Source: Rikenellaceae bacterium
GTDB lineage: Bacteria; Bacteroidota; Bacteroidia; Bacteroidales; Rikenellaceae
Length of the DNA stretch: 64,000 bases
Assembly: GCA_047174605.1 (NCBI GenBank)
Contig: JBCQTX010000001.1
Span: 17,423 to 81,422 of the forward strand
Direction of reading: 5' to 3'
Numbering within the stretch: position 1 is the first letter of the stretch; every line of letters begins with the position of its first letter. The notes under the pieces are model-generated. The model was not told the origin of the DNA. It searched no databases and saw nothing but the letters and a program-made list of their open reading frames with translations. A program made the translations under genes and the position numbers. This document shows, in pieces, positions 1-9,803 of this stretch.

Positions 1-1262
1 CAGCGTGCCCAACTTGTGGATCATGTTCGGGAATGTTCACCGCAAACTCTATGAACTGTTTGGCGGAGGCTCTAGGAATGGCGCTAACCGGAAATGGAAC
101 GATTGTCGCAACGCACGCTAACCGTAAGGTGTTGTTTGAGCAGGCGGCAAAGAGAATTGTGGAGATGGCTAACGCCTACTACTTCGAGGGTGATGATAGC
201 GTTTTGCCACGCAATATTGCAACTTCGGAGGCGTTCCGCAACGCAATGACACTCGATATCGCAATGGGAGGATCTTCGAACACAGTGCTCCACCTACTAG
301 CGATTGCTCAGGAGGCAGAAGTACCATTCACGATGAGCGATGTGGATGCAATTTCACGCGTGACACCAGTTGTCTGCAAGGTTGCTCCATCCAATAGAGT
401 TCATATCGAGGATGTTCACCGTGCTGGTGGTATCTTGGCGATTTTGAACGAGTTATATAAGGGTGGTAAGTTCAATGGCAAGGCTCACACCGTGTCGGGA
501 AAGAGCTTCGAGGAGCTTTTCGCTACCTATTGTGACTATACAAATCCAGCTACTGAGGAGTGGTACACATCGGCTCCGGGTGGCAAATTCAACTTGATTT
601 TGGGGTCTCAAGATGCTCACTACAAGGAGCTTGACTTGGATCGTGAGGCTGGTGCAATCCGCACAGTTGAGAGCGCATTTAGCAAAGATGGGGGTCTTGC
701 GGTGTTGTTCGGAAATATCGCAAAGAAGGGTTGTATCGTAAAGACAGCGGGAGTCGATGAGTCGATCTTGCGTTTTGAGGGTACAGCGAAGGTATTTGAG
801 TCTCAGGAGGCAGCTATGGCTGGTATCTTGGGAGGTAAGGTTGTCGCAGGTGATGTGGTAGTTATCACATACGAAGGGCCTAAGGGAGGACCGGGAATGC
901 AGGAGATGCTCTACCCTACCTCATACCTTAAATCAATGCACTTGGGTAAAGCGTGCGCTCTAATCACAGATGGCCGTTTCTCGGGAGGTACTTCGGGACT
1001 CTCGATCGGACACGTCTCTCCAGAGGCTGCATCGGGTGGCGAGATCGCGATTGTGCAAGAGGGTGATAAGATTCTGATCGATATTCCAAATCGAGAGATG
1101 AATTTGATGGTGAGTGATGAGGAGATTGCACGACGCATGGCAGCTCTGGGAGGGGTCTTTAAGCCTCTATCACGAGATCGCAAAGTACCAAAATCACTAC
1201 AATTCTATGCACAAAATGTATCGTCAGCCGACATGGGAGCGATACGTATTATAAATGAGTAA
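1..1262 (+). CDS. ilvD: Dihydroxy-acid dehydratase (5' end lies outside the window)
   Basis: The frame is open from the window start ([20 protein letters not shown]). Contains [13 protein letters not shown] and [11 protein letters not shown] motifs. First gene of the ilv cluster. Confidence 0.97.
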   Translation, partial: ACPTCGSCSGMFTANSMNCLAEALGMALTGNGTIVATHANRKVLFEQAAKRIVEMANAYYFEGDDSVLPRNIATSEAFRNAMTLDIAMGGSSNTVLHLLAIAQEAEVPFTMSDVDAISRVTPVVCKVAPSNRVHIEDVHRAGGILAILNELYKGGKFNGKAHTVSGKSFEELFATYCDYTNPATEEWYTSAPGGKFNLILGSQDAHYKELDLDREAGAIRTVESAFSKDGGLAVLFGNIAKKGCIVKTAGVDESILRFEGTAKVFESQEAAMAGILGGKVVAGDVVVITYEGPKGGPGMQEMLYPTSYLKSMHLGKACALITDGRFSGGTSGLSIGHVSPEAASGGEIAIVQEGDKILIDIPNREMNLMVSDEEIARRMAALGGVFKPLSRDRKVPKSLQFYAQNVSSADMGAIRIINE

Positions 1263-1264
1263 TC

Positions 1265-3028
1265 ATGGAGCAAGAGAATAAAATAACAGGCACACGAGTA
1301 ATACTTAACTCACTTATTGCTAGTGGCGTAGATACAGTTTTCGGATATCCGGGAGGTCAGATCATGCCTCTTTACGATGCATTGTACGATTATACGGATC
1401 GAATTCGTCATATATTGGTGCGCCATGAGCAGGCAGCTGTTCACGCGGCACAGGGTTATGCACGTGCTACGGGTAAGACCGGAGTATGTTTTGTAACCTC
1501 GGGGCCGGGAGCGACAAACACTGTTACGGGAATTGCCGATGCTATGTTGGACTCTACACCAATCGTGGTGATCACGGGTCAGGTGCCATCGCCAATCTTG
1601 GGTGTTGACTCTTTTCAGGAGATCAACATTGTCGGTGTGACCCACCCTATCACAAAGTGGAATATCTTGGTTCGCAAACCAGAGGAGGTAGCACCAGCTA
1701 TCGCAAAGGCGATGTTTATTGCGAGTAGCGGTCGCCCGGGACCAGTGTTGGTAGATATCACAAAGGATGCTCAGATTGGTCTTGCGGAGTGGAATGGATT
1801 TGTTCCATGTCCACCAATTAGAAGTTATAACCCAACCCCTGTTGCAAACTCTGTGAAGATTGCAAAGGCTGCGAAGTTGATCGATAAGGCTAAAAAGCCA
1901 ATGGTGATCTTTGGTCAGGGTGTCACGTTGTCGGGTGCAGAGGCTGAGTTCAAGGCGTTTGTGCATAAGAGTGGGATGCCAGCTGTGGCGACACTTTTGG
2001 GACTTTCGTCAATAGATTGCAACGACCCATATTATATAGGTATGATTGGAATGCATGGTAACTATGGCCCAAACATCACCAATCAGGAGTGTGATTTGAT
2101 TGTCGCAGTAGGAATGCGATTTGATGATCGCGTGACGTGTAATGTGGAGGGATTTGCAACCAATGCAAAGATCGTACATATAGATATCGACCCAGCGGAG
2201 ATCAACAAGGTAATCACGGCAGATGTTGGAATTGTCGGCGATGCGAAGTGCGTATTGGAGAGCTTGACATCGCTTATAGAGGAGAACGACCACGCGGAGT
2301 GGTTGGAGCGACTCAAAGGATATAACGCCGAGGAGGTGAAGATAGTAGTGGATAGCGTAGAGGGTGATGGCAAAGGAGATATCCACCTTCATCAAGTTGT
2401 GCAGGCGGTTGACAAAGCATATAACGGAGAGAATATCGCTGTTACGGATGTTGGTCAACACCAGATGGTTGCAGCACGCTATACTAGCTTCAAGACTCCA
2501 CGTTCACTCATCACTTCGGGAGGATTGGGAACAATGGGATTTGGACTTCCGGCAGCTATTGGAGCTAAGATCGGAGCACCGGAGCGCGATGTAGTGTTGT
2601 ATGTTGGTGATGGAGGAATTCAGATGAATATCCAAGAGTTGGCGACTATCATGCAGGAGGGTGTAGCGGTCAAGATCGTACTCTTCAACAATAACTATTT
2701 GGGCATGGTGCGTCAATGGCAGCAGCTATTCTTTGACTATCGCTACTCATTTACACCTATGTTAAATCCGAACTTCGGACTTATTGCCGAGGCGAATGGC
2801 GTGGGTTATGGTTTCTGCGATAAGCGTGAGGATTTGGCAGATGCAGTGGCTAAGATGCAGGTGGCTGAGGGGTCGTACTTGTTGGAGGTCAAGGTGTTGT
2901 GTAATGACAATGTACTGCCGATGGTAGCGCCGGGTAAATCATTGGTAGACATCATGTTGACCGATGGCACAGAGCGAGGATGCAAGTGTCCGGTTTGTAA
3001 GGGTAGAATCAACGATCAAAAAAGATAG
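1265..3028 (+). CDS. ilvB: Acetolactate synthase large subunit
   Basis: FGYPGG, RHEQ, TSGPGATN, GLGTMGFGLPAA and the ThDP motif GDGG...NN are present. Confidence 0.96.
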   Translation: MEQENKITGTRVILNSLIASGVDTVFGYPGGQIMPLYDALYDYTDRIRHILVRHEQAAVHAAQGYARATGKTGVCFVTSGPGATNTVTGIADAMLDSTPIVVITGQVPSPILGVDSFQEINIVGVTHPITKWNILVRKPEEVAPAIAKAMFIASSGRPGPVLVDITKDAQIGLAEWNGFVPCPPIRSYNPTPVANSVKIAKAAKLIDKAKKPMVIFGQGVTLSGAEAEFKAFVHKSGMPAVATLLGLSSIDCNDPYYIGMIGMHGNYGPNITNQECDLIVAVGMRFDDRVTCNVEGFATNAKIVHIDIDPAEINKVITADVGIVGDAKCVLESLTSLIEENDHAEWLERLKGYNAEEVKIVVDSVEGDGKGDIHLHQVVQAVDKAYNGENIAVTDVGQHQMVAARYTSFKTPRSLITSGGLGTMGFGLPAAIGAKIGAPERDVVLYVGDGGIQMNIQELATIMQEGVAVKIVLFNNNYLGMVRQWQQLFFDYRYSFTPMLNPNFGLIAEANGVGYGFCDKREDLADAVAKMQVAEGSYLLEVKVLCNDNVLPMVAPGKSLVDIMLTDGTERGCKCPVCKGRINDQKR

Positions 3029-3032
3029 GATT

Positions 3033-3341
3033 ATGGCAAAATATACATTGACAGTATTTTCGGAGAACCATGCAGGAGTATTGGGACTTATCACGACGGT
3101 ATTCACGTCGCGACATATGAATATCGAGATGCTTAAGACTGAGCGTTCATCGATCGAGGGTATCCACCGTTTCATCATCGATGTTACGGCTGATGTGAGC
3201 CGTGTGGAGAATGTGGCGCGTCAGATTGAGAAGAAGATCGATGTTATGAAGGCATATATCCAGACTACGGAGGAGTATGCTAAGAGTGGATTGACTCCGG
3301 AGCGCGAAAGGGATATACTAGCGGAATTTATAGTAAAGTAA
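3033..3341 (+). CDS. ilvN: Acetolactate synthase small regulatory subunit (short, ACT domain)
   Basis: MAKYTLTVFSENHAGVLGLITTVF has the ACT pattern and follows ilvB directly. ATG 3033 is preferred over the overlapping 2964 start. Confidence 0.9.
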   Translation: MAKYTLTVFSENHAGVLGLITTVFTSRHMNIEMLKTERSSIEGIHRFIIDVTADVSRVENVARQIEKKIDVMKAYIQTTEEYAKSGLTPERERDILAEFIVK

Positions 3342-3342
3342 A

Positions 3343-3462
3343 GAGAAACGAAGTTTCTCGCTAGCTCAGCGGCGAGCACGCCGCCCGCCGGAGGCAGTTG
3401 CAATGTTACACTCGCTCTCTCTGAAAAAAGACGATTTTCAATAAAAAATCGTCCAGAGAGCG
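3343..3462 (+). repeat. Modular palindromic intergenic repeat, family B, copy 1
   Basis: GAGAAAC-GAA-GTTTCTC minihairpin, then GCTCAGCGGCGAGCACGCCGCCCGCCGGAGGCAG, then a CGCTCTCT...GACGATTTT/AAAATCGTC...AGAGAGCG hairpin. Near-identical to 40030-40149. Confidence 0.9.
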
Positions 3463-3529
3463 CAAGGCAAAACCCTAAAAAACAGAAAAACAATATAATT
3501 TTTAACACTAATATTTAATAAAAACAGTT

Positions 3530-4576
3530 ATGGCAAAGATGATTTTCGGTACAACCGAAGAGAATGTAGTTACTCGTGAGGAGTTTCCATTAGCAAAAGC
3601 ACAAGAGGTTCTTAAAGACGAGGTTATCGCCGTTATCGGTTATGGCGTACAGGGTCCGGGACAGTCACTAAACTTGCGTGACAATGGATTCAACGTGATC
3701 GTTGGACAGCGTAAGGGTGGAAAGTCTTGGGATAAGGCAGTAGCTGACGGATGGGTTCCGGGAAAGACACTTTTCGAGATCGAGGAGGCTTGCGAGAAGG
3801 CTACTATCGTACAGTTCCTTCTATCTGATGCAGGACAGATCGACGCATGGCCAACAGTGAAGAAGCACCTTACACCGGGTAAGGCTCTATACTTCTCACA
3901 CGGATTTGGTATCACATATAAGGAGCGCACAGGAATCGTTCCTCCAGCTGACGTAGATGTTATTTTGGTAGCACCTAAGGGATCAGGAACTTCACTTCGT
4001 CGTATGTTCGTTGCAGGACGTGGTTTGAACTCATCTTACGCTATCTTCCAAGATGCAACAGGACGTGCTGCAGAGCGTGTTATCGCTATGGGTATCGGAG
4101 TAGGTTCAGGATATTTGTTCGAGACAACATTCAAGAAGGAGGTTTACTCTGACTTGACAGGAGAGCGCGGATCATTGATGGGATGTATTCAGGGTATCTT
4201 CGCAGCTCAGTATGAGGTTCTTCGCGAGAATGGACACTCACCATCTGAGGCTTTCAACGAGACAGTTGAGGAGTTGACTCAGTCATTGATGCCACTTGTT
4301 GCTGAGAACGGAATGGATTGGATGTATGCTAACACATCGACTACAGCACAGCGTGGTGCGTTGGATTGGTGGAAGCCTTTCCGCGACGCTACTAAGCCAG
4401 TATTCGAGAAGCTATACGCAGAGGTAGCTTGTGGAAACGAGGCTCAGCGTTCAATCGACACTAACTCTAAGCCAGATTACCGCGAGGGATTGGAGAAGGA
4501 GCTAGCAGAGTTGCGTGAGTCTGAGATGTGGCAGGCAGGAATGACTGTTCGCAACCTACGTCCAGAGAACAACTAA
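3530..4576 (+). CDS. ilvC: Ketol-acid reductoisomerase
   Basis: IGYGVQG Rossmann motif, FSHGF, VAPKGSG and EVYSDLTGERG. Confidence 0.97.
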   Translation: MAKMIFGTTEENVVTREEFPLAKAQEVLKDEVIAVIGYGVQGPGQSLNLRDNGFNVIVGQRKGGKSWDKAVADGWVPGKTLFEIEEACEKATIVQFLLSDAGQIDAWPTVKKHLTPGKALYFSHGFGITYKERTGIVPPADVDVILVAPKGSGTSLRRMFVAGRGLNSSYAIFQDATGRAAERVIAMGIGVGSGYLFETTFKKEVYSDLTGERGSLMGCIQGIFAAQYEVLRENGHSPSEAFNETVEELTQSLMPLVAENGMDWMYANTSTTAQRGALDWWKPFRDATKPVFEKLYAEVACGNEAQRSIDTNSKPDYREGLEKELAELRESEMWQAGMTVRNLRPENN

Positions 4577-4594
4577 TTTAAGATCAGAGAGAAG

Positions 4595-5845
4595 ATGGGT
4601 TATTTCCCTTCGCTAAACGATATAATGGAGGCTCGTCAACGCTTAAAGGGGTGTGTTAACCACACCTCTTTAATGCGTAGCGACTTCTTGAGCCGCACAC
4701 ATGATTGTGATGTCATGCTTAAGCGAGAAGATCTTCAGGTGGTGCGCTCCTACAAATTGCGTGGCGCGTATAACAAGATCCTTTCGTTGAGTGTGGAGGA
4801 GAGAGAGCGTGGCGTAGTCTGTGCAAGTGCGGGAAACCATGCTCAAGGTGTTGCGTTCTCGTGCAATAAACTTGGTATTCGAGGTGCGATCTTCATGCCG
4901 GTGACAACACCGAAACAGAAGGTTCGTCAGGTGAGTACCTTTGGAAATGGCAATGTTGAGATCATCCTTGTGGGTGATACCTACGATGCATCGGCTGCTC
5001 AAGCGAAGTTATATTGCGAGGAGCATAAGATGTGTTTCGTAGCTCCATTTGATGATGAGAAGATCATCGAGGGGCAGGCTACGGTGGGTGTCGAGATCAT
5101 TGAGGATACGGACTCTCCAATAGATTATCTCTTCGTGCCGATTGGTGGCGGAGGGTTATTATCAGGTGTTGGTAGCTACTTCAAACAGGTCTCTCCAAAG
5201 ACGAAGATTATTGGTGTTGAGCCAGCAGGTGCCGCATCAATGCGTGCTTCGATGGATGCAGGCAAAGTAGTTACGCTAGATGAGGTTGACAAATTTGTCG
5301 ATGGAGCTTCGGTTAAGCGTATTGGCGATATCACGTTTGAGGTTGGTCGCCAAGTGTTGGATGATATCATCTCTGTTCCAGAGGGTATGATCTGCACAAC
5401 GATTCTTGATATGTATAATCGCGAGGCGATTGTGGTTGAACCAGCTGGTGCACTGAGTGTTGCAGCGTTGAACCTATATGGTGATAAGATCAAAGGTAAG
5501 CGCGTTGTCTCGATCATTAGTGGTGGAAATAATGACATCACCCGCAATGAGGAGATCAAAGAGCGATCACTTCTTTTCGAGGGGTTGAAGCACTACTTCA
5601 TCGTGAGATTCCCGCAGCGCGCAGGTGCATTGAGAGATTTCTTGAGTGTTGCTTTAGGGCCAACGGATGATATCACACTTTTTGAGTATAAAAAGCGTAC
5701 GGCGAGGGAGAATGGACCTGCTGTGATTGGTATTGAGCTACAGAAACGTGAAGATTTTGAGCCACTTGTGAAACGCATGGAGGAGCAAGGGATACGTTTT
5801 GAGTATCTTAATGAGCAGCCGGATCTATTTGAATTACTTGTCTGA
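4595..5845 (+). CDS. ilvA: Threonine ammonia-lyase (biosynthetic, short form)
   Basis: KREDLQVVRSYKLRGA (PLP lysine), ASAGNHAQG, GGGGL and C-terminal FPQRAGAL. Confidence 0.96.
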   Translation: MGYFPSLNDIMEARQRLKGCVNHTSLMRSDFLSRTHDCDVMLKREDLQVVRSYKLRGAYNKILSLSVEERERGVVCASAGNHAQGVAFSCNKLGIRGAIFMPVTTPKQKVRQVSTFGNGNVEIILVGDTYDASAAQAKLYCEEHKMCFVAPFDDEKIIEGQATVGVEIIEDTDSPIDYLFVPIGGGGLLSGVGSYFKQVSPKTKIIGVEPAGAASMRASMDAGKVVTLDEVDKFVDGASVKRIGDITFEVGRQVLDDIISVPEGMICTTILDMYNREAIVVEPAGALSVAALNLYGDKIKGKRVVSIISGGNNDITRNEEIKERSLLFEGLKHYFIVRFPQRAGALRDFLSVALGPTDDITLFEYKKRTARENGPAVIGIELQKREDFEPLVKRMEEQGIRFEYLNEQPDLFELLV

Positions 5846-5867
5846 TGATCTGTACTTATAAATGATT

Positions 5868-5901
5868 AACGTCCTGAAACTTAGATGTTTCGGGGCGTTT
5901 T
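5868..5901. terminator. Probable bidirectional intrinsic terminator between convergent ilvA and mqnD
   Basis: AACGTCCTGAAAC-ttagat-GTTTCGGGGCGTT hairpin followed by T residues. Confidence 0.7.
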
Positions 5902-5902
5902 G

Positions 5903-6661
5903 TTATATTAGTGCATTGATTGCAGTGTACCCCTCCGTGCCGAGATCACGCGAATAGTCATTGACAAAGAGCTTAATATGTGAATCGATCACGGAATCCT
6001 CCATCTCTTGCGCATGCTGCTTGATGTAATCTCGTGATAGGGAAGGATTTGCAAAGGCGAAGTCGATGCTTCGTGCTAATATACGTTGAAATTTTTCAGC
6101 AACATCCTTGTCAACTTTCTTATTGATAGCTATCGCACCGAGTGGCAAGGGAAGCGAAGTTTTTGCCTCCCATAACACTCCCAGATCAGCCACAAGTTCT
6201 AAATTTCGCTCAGCATATAAAAATCGCCCTTCATGGATCAATACTCCACCATCGACCTCATGGTTTTCGATAGCGGTAGCAATCGTAGAGAATAACATTG
6301 GCAGTCGATCAGTAATTTGAGGGAATAGCTTAGATACCAACAGGTTAGCGGTTGTATGGAGACCCGGGACAGCAATCCTCGTCATTGGCGAATTGTCACC
6401 CTTTCGCCTAACAAATAGAGGTCCATTTCCACGCCCTAGTGCAGCTCCACTTCGGCTAATCGTATAGTTATCAGCGATTTGAGGAATGATAGCACAACTA
6501 ATCTTCGAGAAATCAGCCTCGCCTGCAATAGCACGCGAATTCAACTCCTCGATATCGTAATACGACACCTCGAAATCAAGACCTTCAGTATCAATCCGCC
6601 CGTTGACTAGCGCGTCGAACATAAATGTATCATTGGGGCATGGGGAGATATATAGCTTCAT
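5903..6661 (-). CDS. mqnD: 1,4-dihydroxy-6-naphthoate synthase (futalosine pathway)
   Basis: SPCPNDTFMF, GAALGRGNGP, TTANLL, LIHEGRF, PLPLG and HIKLFVN. Confidence 0.93.
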   Translation of the reverse strand: MKLYISPCPNDTFMFDALVNGRIDTEGLDFEVSYYDIEELNSRAIAGEADFSKISCAIIPQIADNYTISRSGAALGRGNGPLFVRRKGDNSPMTRIAVPGLHTTANLLVSKLFPQITDRLPMLFSTIATAIENHEVDGGVLIHEGRFLYAERNLELVADLGVLWEAKTSLPLPLGAIAINKKVDKDVAEKFQRILARSIDFAFANPSLSRDYIKQHAQEMEDSVIDSHIKLFVNDYSRDLGTEGYTAINALI

Positions 6662-6662
6662 A

Positions 6663-7178
6663 CTACCTTGTGTAAATTATTGATAATGTATCGGTTAACG
6701 CATCTATTGCACTTTTGATCGACCAATTTTCTATTTCGTCACCAACTAAGTTCGATATGGCGCGGATCTGCGAAAATGGAATTTTATGCTCAGCACATAT
6801 CGCCGCTGCTGCTGCACCCTCCATATTCTCGATATCAGACTCAGCTCCTTGAAAACCAGAGCGATTTACACTATTGGAAGTCGCTGTGGGTAGCCCCCAT
6901 CGCGCCTCTATCGAATATCGTTTGGCAAACTGTTTTGGGAGCTCCTCGATACCCTCACTTACCACCTCAACAACTTGATTCAAAGGATTTTGAGATAGAT
7001 CATACGCTCCTGCGATACCTGCCAAAACAACCATATCGACCCTCGATTGCGCGATTATTTTACTTAACGTAGCCGCTGTAGCCGCCATGCCCACACCGCA
7101 TATCACGACATTTGCCGAAGGGTGCAGTGCCCGAAATGGGGCTGCCTCAAACTCTGTGGGGAAGAGGAAAACCATCAT
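6663..7178 (-). CDS. mqnB: Futalosine hydrolase (PNP/MTAN fold)
   Basis: CGVGM, LAGIAGAY, ENMEGAA and RAISN motifs; adjacent to mqnD. Confidence 0.8.
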   Translation of the reverse strand: MMVFLFPTEFEAAPFRALHPSANVVICGVGMAATAATLSKIIAQSRVDMVVLAGIAGAYDLSQNPLNQVVEVVSEGIEELPKQFAKRYSIEARWGLPTATSNSVNRSGFQGAESDIENMEGAAAAAICAEHKIPFSQIRAISNLVGDEIENWSIKSAIDALTDTLSIIYTR

Positions 7179-8563
7179 TGCCGAGCCATATAATCCTCTA
7201 TTTCAGAGGTAGTTATTGGAATCTTCACATCTCCTATCTCGCGAGATCCTGAGTCGGTGATCACCAAATCATCCTCGATTCGAATACCCCCAAAATCGAG
7301 GTATTTAGCGATCTTATCAAAGTTGGCGATGCCTCTATACAAACCCTCCGAACGTCGTTTTTCGATCAATGCCGGGATGAAATAGAGTCCCGGTTCGTTC
7401 GAGATAACTGTTCCCTCATCAAAGATCCAGCGCGATCGAATAATGCACGAGGTAGATCGTTCAACCTGTTTCGTGAATCGTGAGAGATCAAATGTGCGCT
7501 CACCCAACGCCTCACAATCGTGAACATCGAGCCCCAAACCGTGACTCACACCATGTGGCATGAGCATCGAAATAGCCCCTGACTGGAGAATATCCTCAGC
7601 TGAACCACGCATAAAATCTAGCTCCTTGAGCCCCTCTGCAAGCGAAAGATATGTCGCTCGCTGAAGATCGGAATATAACATTTTAGGGCGTGCAATCTCC
7701 GCAACACGGCTCTTTGCTCGAAGCACAACATTGTATATATCTCGCTGGATATCAGTAAATTTACCACTAATAGGATAAGTGCGAGTATGGTCCGAACAGT
7801 ACCCCTCCAAACTCTCTCCACCTGCATCACACAGCATCAACCGCCCCGATCTCAACACTCCCTCACGCTCCGTATTATGGAGTGTCTCACCGTGTTGCGT
7901 ACAGATCGGGGGGAATGAAACTCCGGCACCCATTTGGCGTGCAATACCCTCCAATGCACCCCCTATCTCGCGCTCCACTACCCCCGGTCGGCACATCCGC
8001 ATTGCAGTTGTATGTAGCTCATATCCAATCTTATAAGCCTCCTCCAACGCCGCGATCTCCTCTTCAGATTTCTTTTCACGAAGCTCCGCCACAGCAAAGA
8101 TCAACTCCCCTGACAAAAGTGAATCTATCGGGGAATTTAGCAATTCAGCAAGCGCTATTTTTGTCTCGCCCCGATAGGGTGGCAAGATATGAATCGTTCG
8201 ATTATGTCGCTCTGCTTCAGCGATATACCCCATCAACTCCGACACTGGTTTGCATATCGAGATACCAACCTCCGCCCCCAACTCGGCAATTGAAGGTTGA
8301 GCTCCCGTCCAGATCAGATCATCCAACGATGACTCCTCACCAAACAACATCTGCTCCCCAGAGTCCAGATCTATAACACCCCAAAGCGAGGGGCGATCTG
8401 ACCCGAAAAAGTATCGAAACGTGGCATCTTGACGAAAGTAGTAGGGATTATTTAAGTATGAATTGGGGCTCAACTCATTGCCCGGTATAACCACTACGCC
8501 ACCACACCCCATCCGTGAGATGAGTGCCGCGCGACGTGCGATATATGTAGCCTTAGCGAACAT
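7175..8563 (-). CDS. pepP: Xaa-Pro aminopeptidase (M24B)
   Basis: YYFRQD, DAGGE...SDHTRT, HGLGLDVHD, EPGLYF and GGIRIEDD. The likely start is ATG 8563 (MFAKATY), not 8761. Confidence 0.88.
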   Translation of the reverse strand: MFAKATYIARRAALISRMGCGGVVVIPGNELSPNSYLNNPYYFRQDATFRYFFGSDRPSLWGVIDLDSGEQMLFGEESSLDDLIWTGAQPSIAELGAEVGISICKPVSELMGYIAEAERHNRTIHILPPYRGETKIALAELLNSPIDSLLSGELIFAVAELREKKSEEEIAALEEAYKIGYELHTTAMRMCRPGVVEREIGGALEGIARQMGAGVSFPPICTQHGETLHNTEREGVLRSGRLMLCDAGGESLEGYCSDHTRTYPISGKFTDIQRDIYNVVLRAKSRVAEIARPKMLYSDLQRATYLSLAEGLKELDFMRGSAEDILQSGAISMLMPHGVSHGLGLDVHDCEALGERTFDLSRFTKQVERSTSCIIRSRWIFDEGTVISNEPGLYFIPALIEKRRSEGLYRGIANFDKIAKYLDFGGIRIEDDLVITDSGSREIGDVKIPITTSEIEDYMARQ

Positions 8564-9803
8564 CTTGACTGTCAACCATTTTGTATAATTTATCTCCTCG
8601 TCGAACTTGGCTTGGTGTGCGAACGGAACACAAAATACCCTGCTCCACATGATCCTGCGCCTTGTTATCGACCAAAGCATCGCCGATCTCCATCTCCACA
8701 ACTCCAGTCGTCTGCCCCATGAAGATCGCCTCATCACCACGCAGAAGAGGTGTAGCTTCAATCAAAATCTCAGCCACCGAGAGGTTCTTAAAGAAGTTTG
8801 TCACCTTGCCCACATAAACCTTGCGTTTGGTGGCTGAAGATCCATAATTTTGAGTCTGCTCCGCAACAGGTTTCCCAGCATAGTAACCGCCCCAAAATCC
8901 GCGATTAAAGACCGTAGATAACTTCTCACGAAGCCCCTCTACATACTCCTCGTTATACTCGCCACGCTCCATTGCGCGAAGAGCAGCATCGTAACTCTCG
9001 ACCACTCGCTTCACATATTCGCCACCGCGTGCTCGCCCCTCGATTTTGAGGACACGAACCCCAGCCGCGATAAATTTATCTAGGAAGTCGATGGTACACA
9101 GATCTTTAGGGGACAAGATATATTGCCCATCCATATCGAGCATCTCGCCCGTCTGCGTATCTTGGATCGTATATTTTCGTCGGCATATCTGACGACACGC
9201 CCCTCTGTTTGCCGAACAATTTGACTCATGAAGCGACAAGTAGCACTTGCCCGAGATCGACATACACAACGCTCCATGCGCAAACATCTCGATCTCAACC
9301 AACTCCCCCTTCGGACCCCTAATATCGCGCTCCACGATCTGGCGGCTAACCTCCGAGATCTGCTCCAACGACAATTCGCGTGCAAGCACCACAACATCGG
9401 CCCACTGAGCATAAAATGCCACCGCCTCAACATTCGAAATATTACTTTGAGTCGAGATATGAACCTCAACCCCCACCTCTCGAGCATATAGTATCGCGGC
9501 GAAATCAGTCGCAATAATTGCGTCAATCCCCTCTTTTTTAGCACGATCAATGATTATCTTCATCGTCTCAATCTCATCGCCATAGATTGCGATATTAACT
9601 GTCAGATAGCTCTTTACGCCAGCCTCGCGACACGTTTTAACTATCTGAGCAAGATCTTCAAGCGTGAAGTTAGCGGCCGATTTAGCCCTCATATTGAGCT
9701 GCTCGACCCCAAAATAAATTGAGTTCGCACCTGCATTTATCGCTGCATGGAGCGCCTCATACGACCCCACAGGGGCCATTATCTCTATATCCTCTCTCTT
9801 CAT
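8553..9803 (-). CDS. Peptidase U32 family Fe-S protein (TrhP-like tRNA hydroxylation protein)
   Basis: EIMAPVGS, HISTQ, VLAREL, HGALCMSISGKC...NRGACRQICR, SPKDL and LKIEGR. Confidence 0.88.
   Translation of the reverse strand: MKREDIEIMAPVGSYEALHAAINAGANSIYFGVEQLNMRAKSAANFTLEDLAQIVKTCREAGVKSYLTVNIAIYGDEIETMKIIIDRAKKEGIDAIIATDFAAILYAREVGVEVHISTQSNISNVEAVAFYAQWADVVVLARELSLEQISEVSRQIVERDIRGPKGELVEIEMFAHGALCMSISGKCYLSLHESNCSANRGACRQICRRKYTIQDTQTGEMLDMDGQYILSPKDLCTIDFLDKFIAAGVRVLKIEGRARGGEYVKRVVESYDAALRAMERGEYNEEYVEGLREKLSTVFNRGFWGGYYAGKPVAEQTQNYGSSATKRKVYVGKVTNFFKNLSVAEILIEATPLLRGDEAIFMGQTTGVVEMEIGDALVDNKAQDHVEQGILCSVRTPSQVRRGDKLYKMVDSQDVR

Noticed and set aside
3343-3462. Riboswitch or T-box upstream of ilvC, aroC or proC
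   Set aside because: The same element occurs in both orientations relative to genes and beside unrelated genes. It has no T-box motif or expression platform.
8564-8761. Long overlap of the aminopeptidase P ORF with the U32 gene, suggesting a frameshift or dual coding
   Set aside because: This is an artefact of choosing the longest start; family-like sequence begins at MFAKATY (8563).
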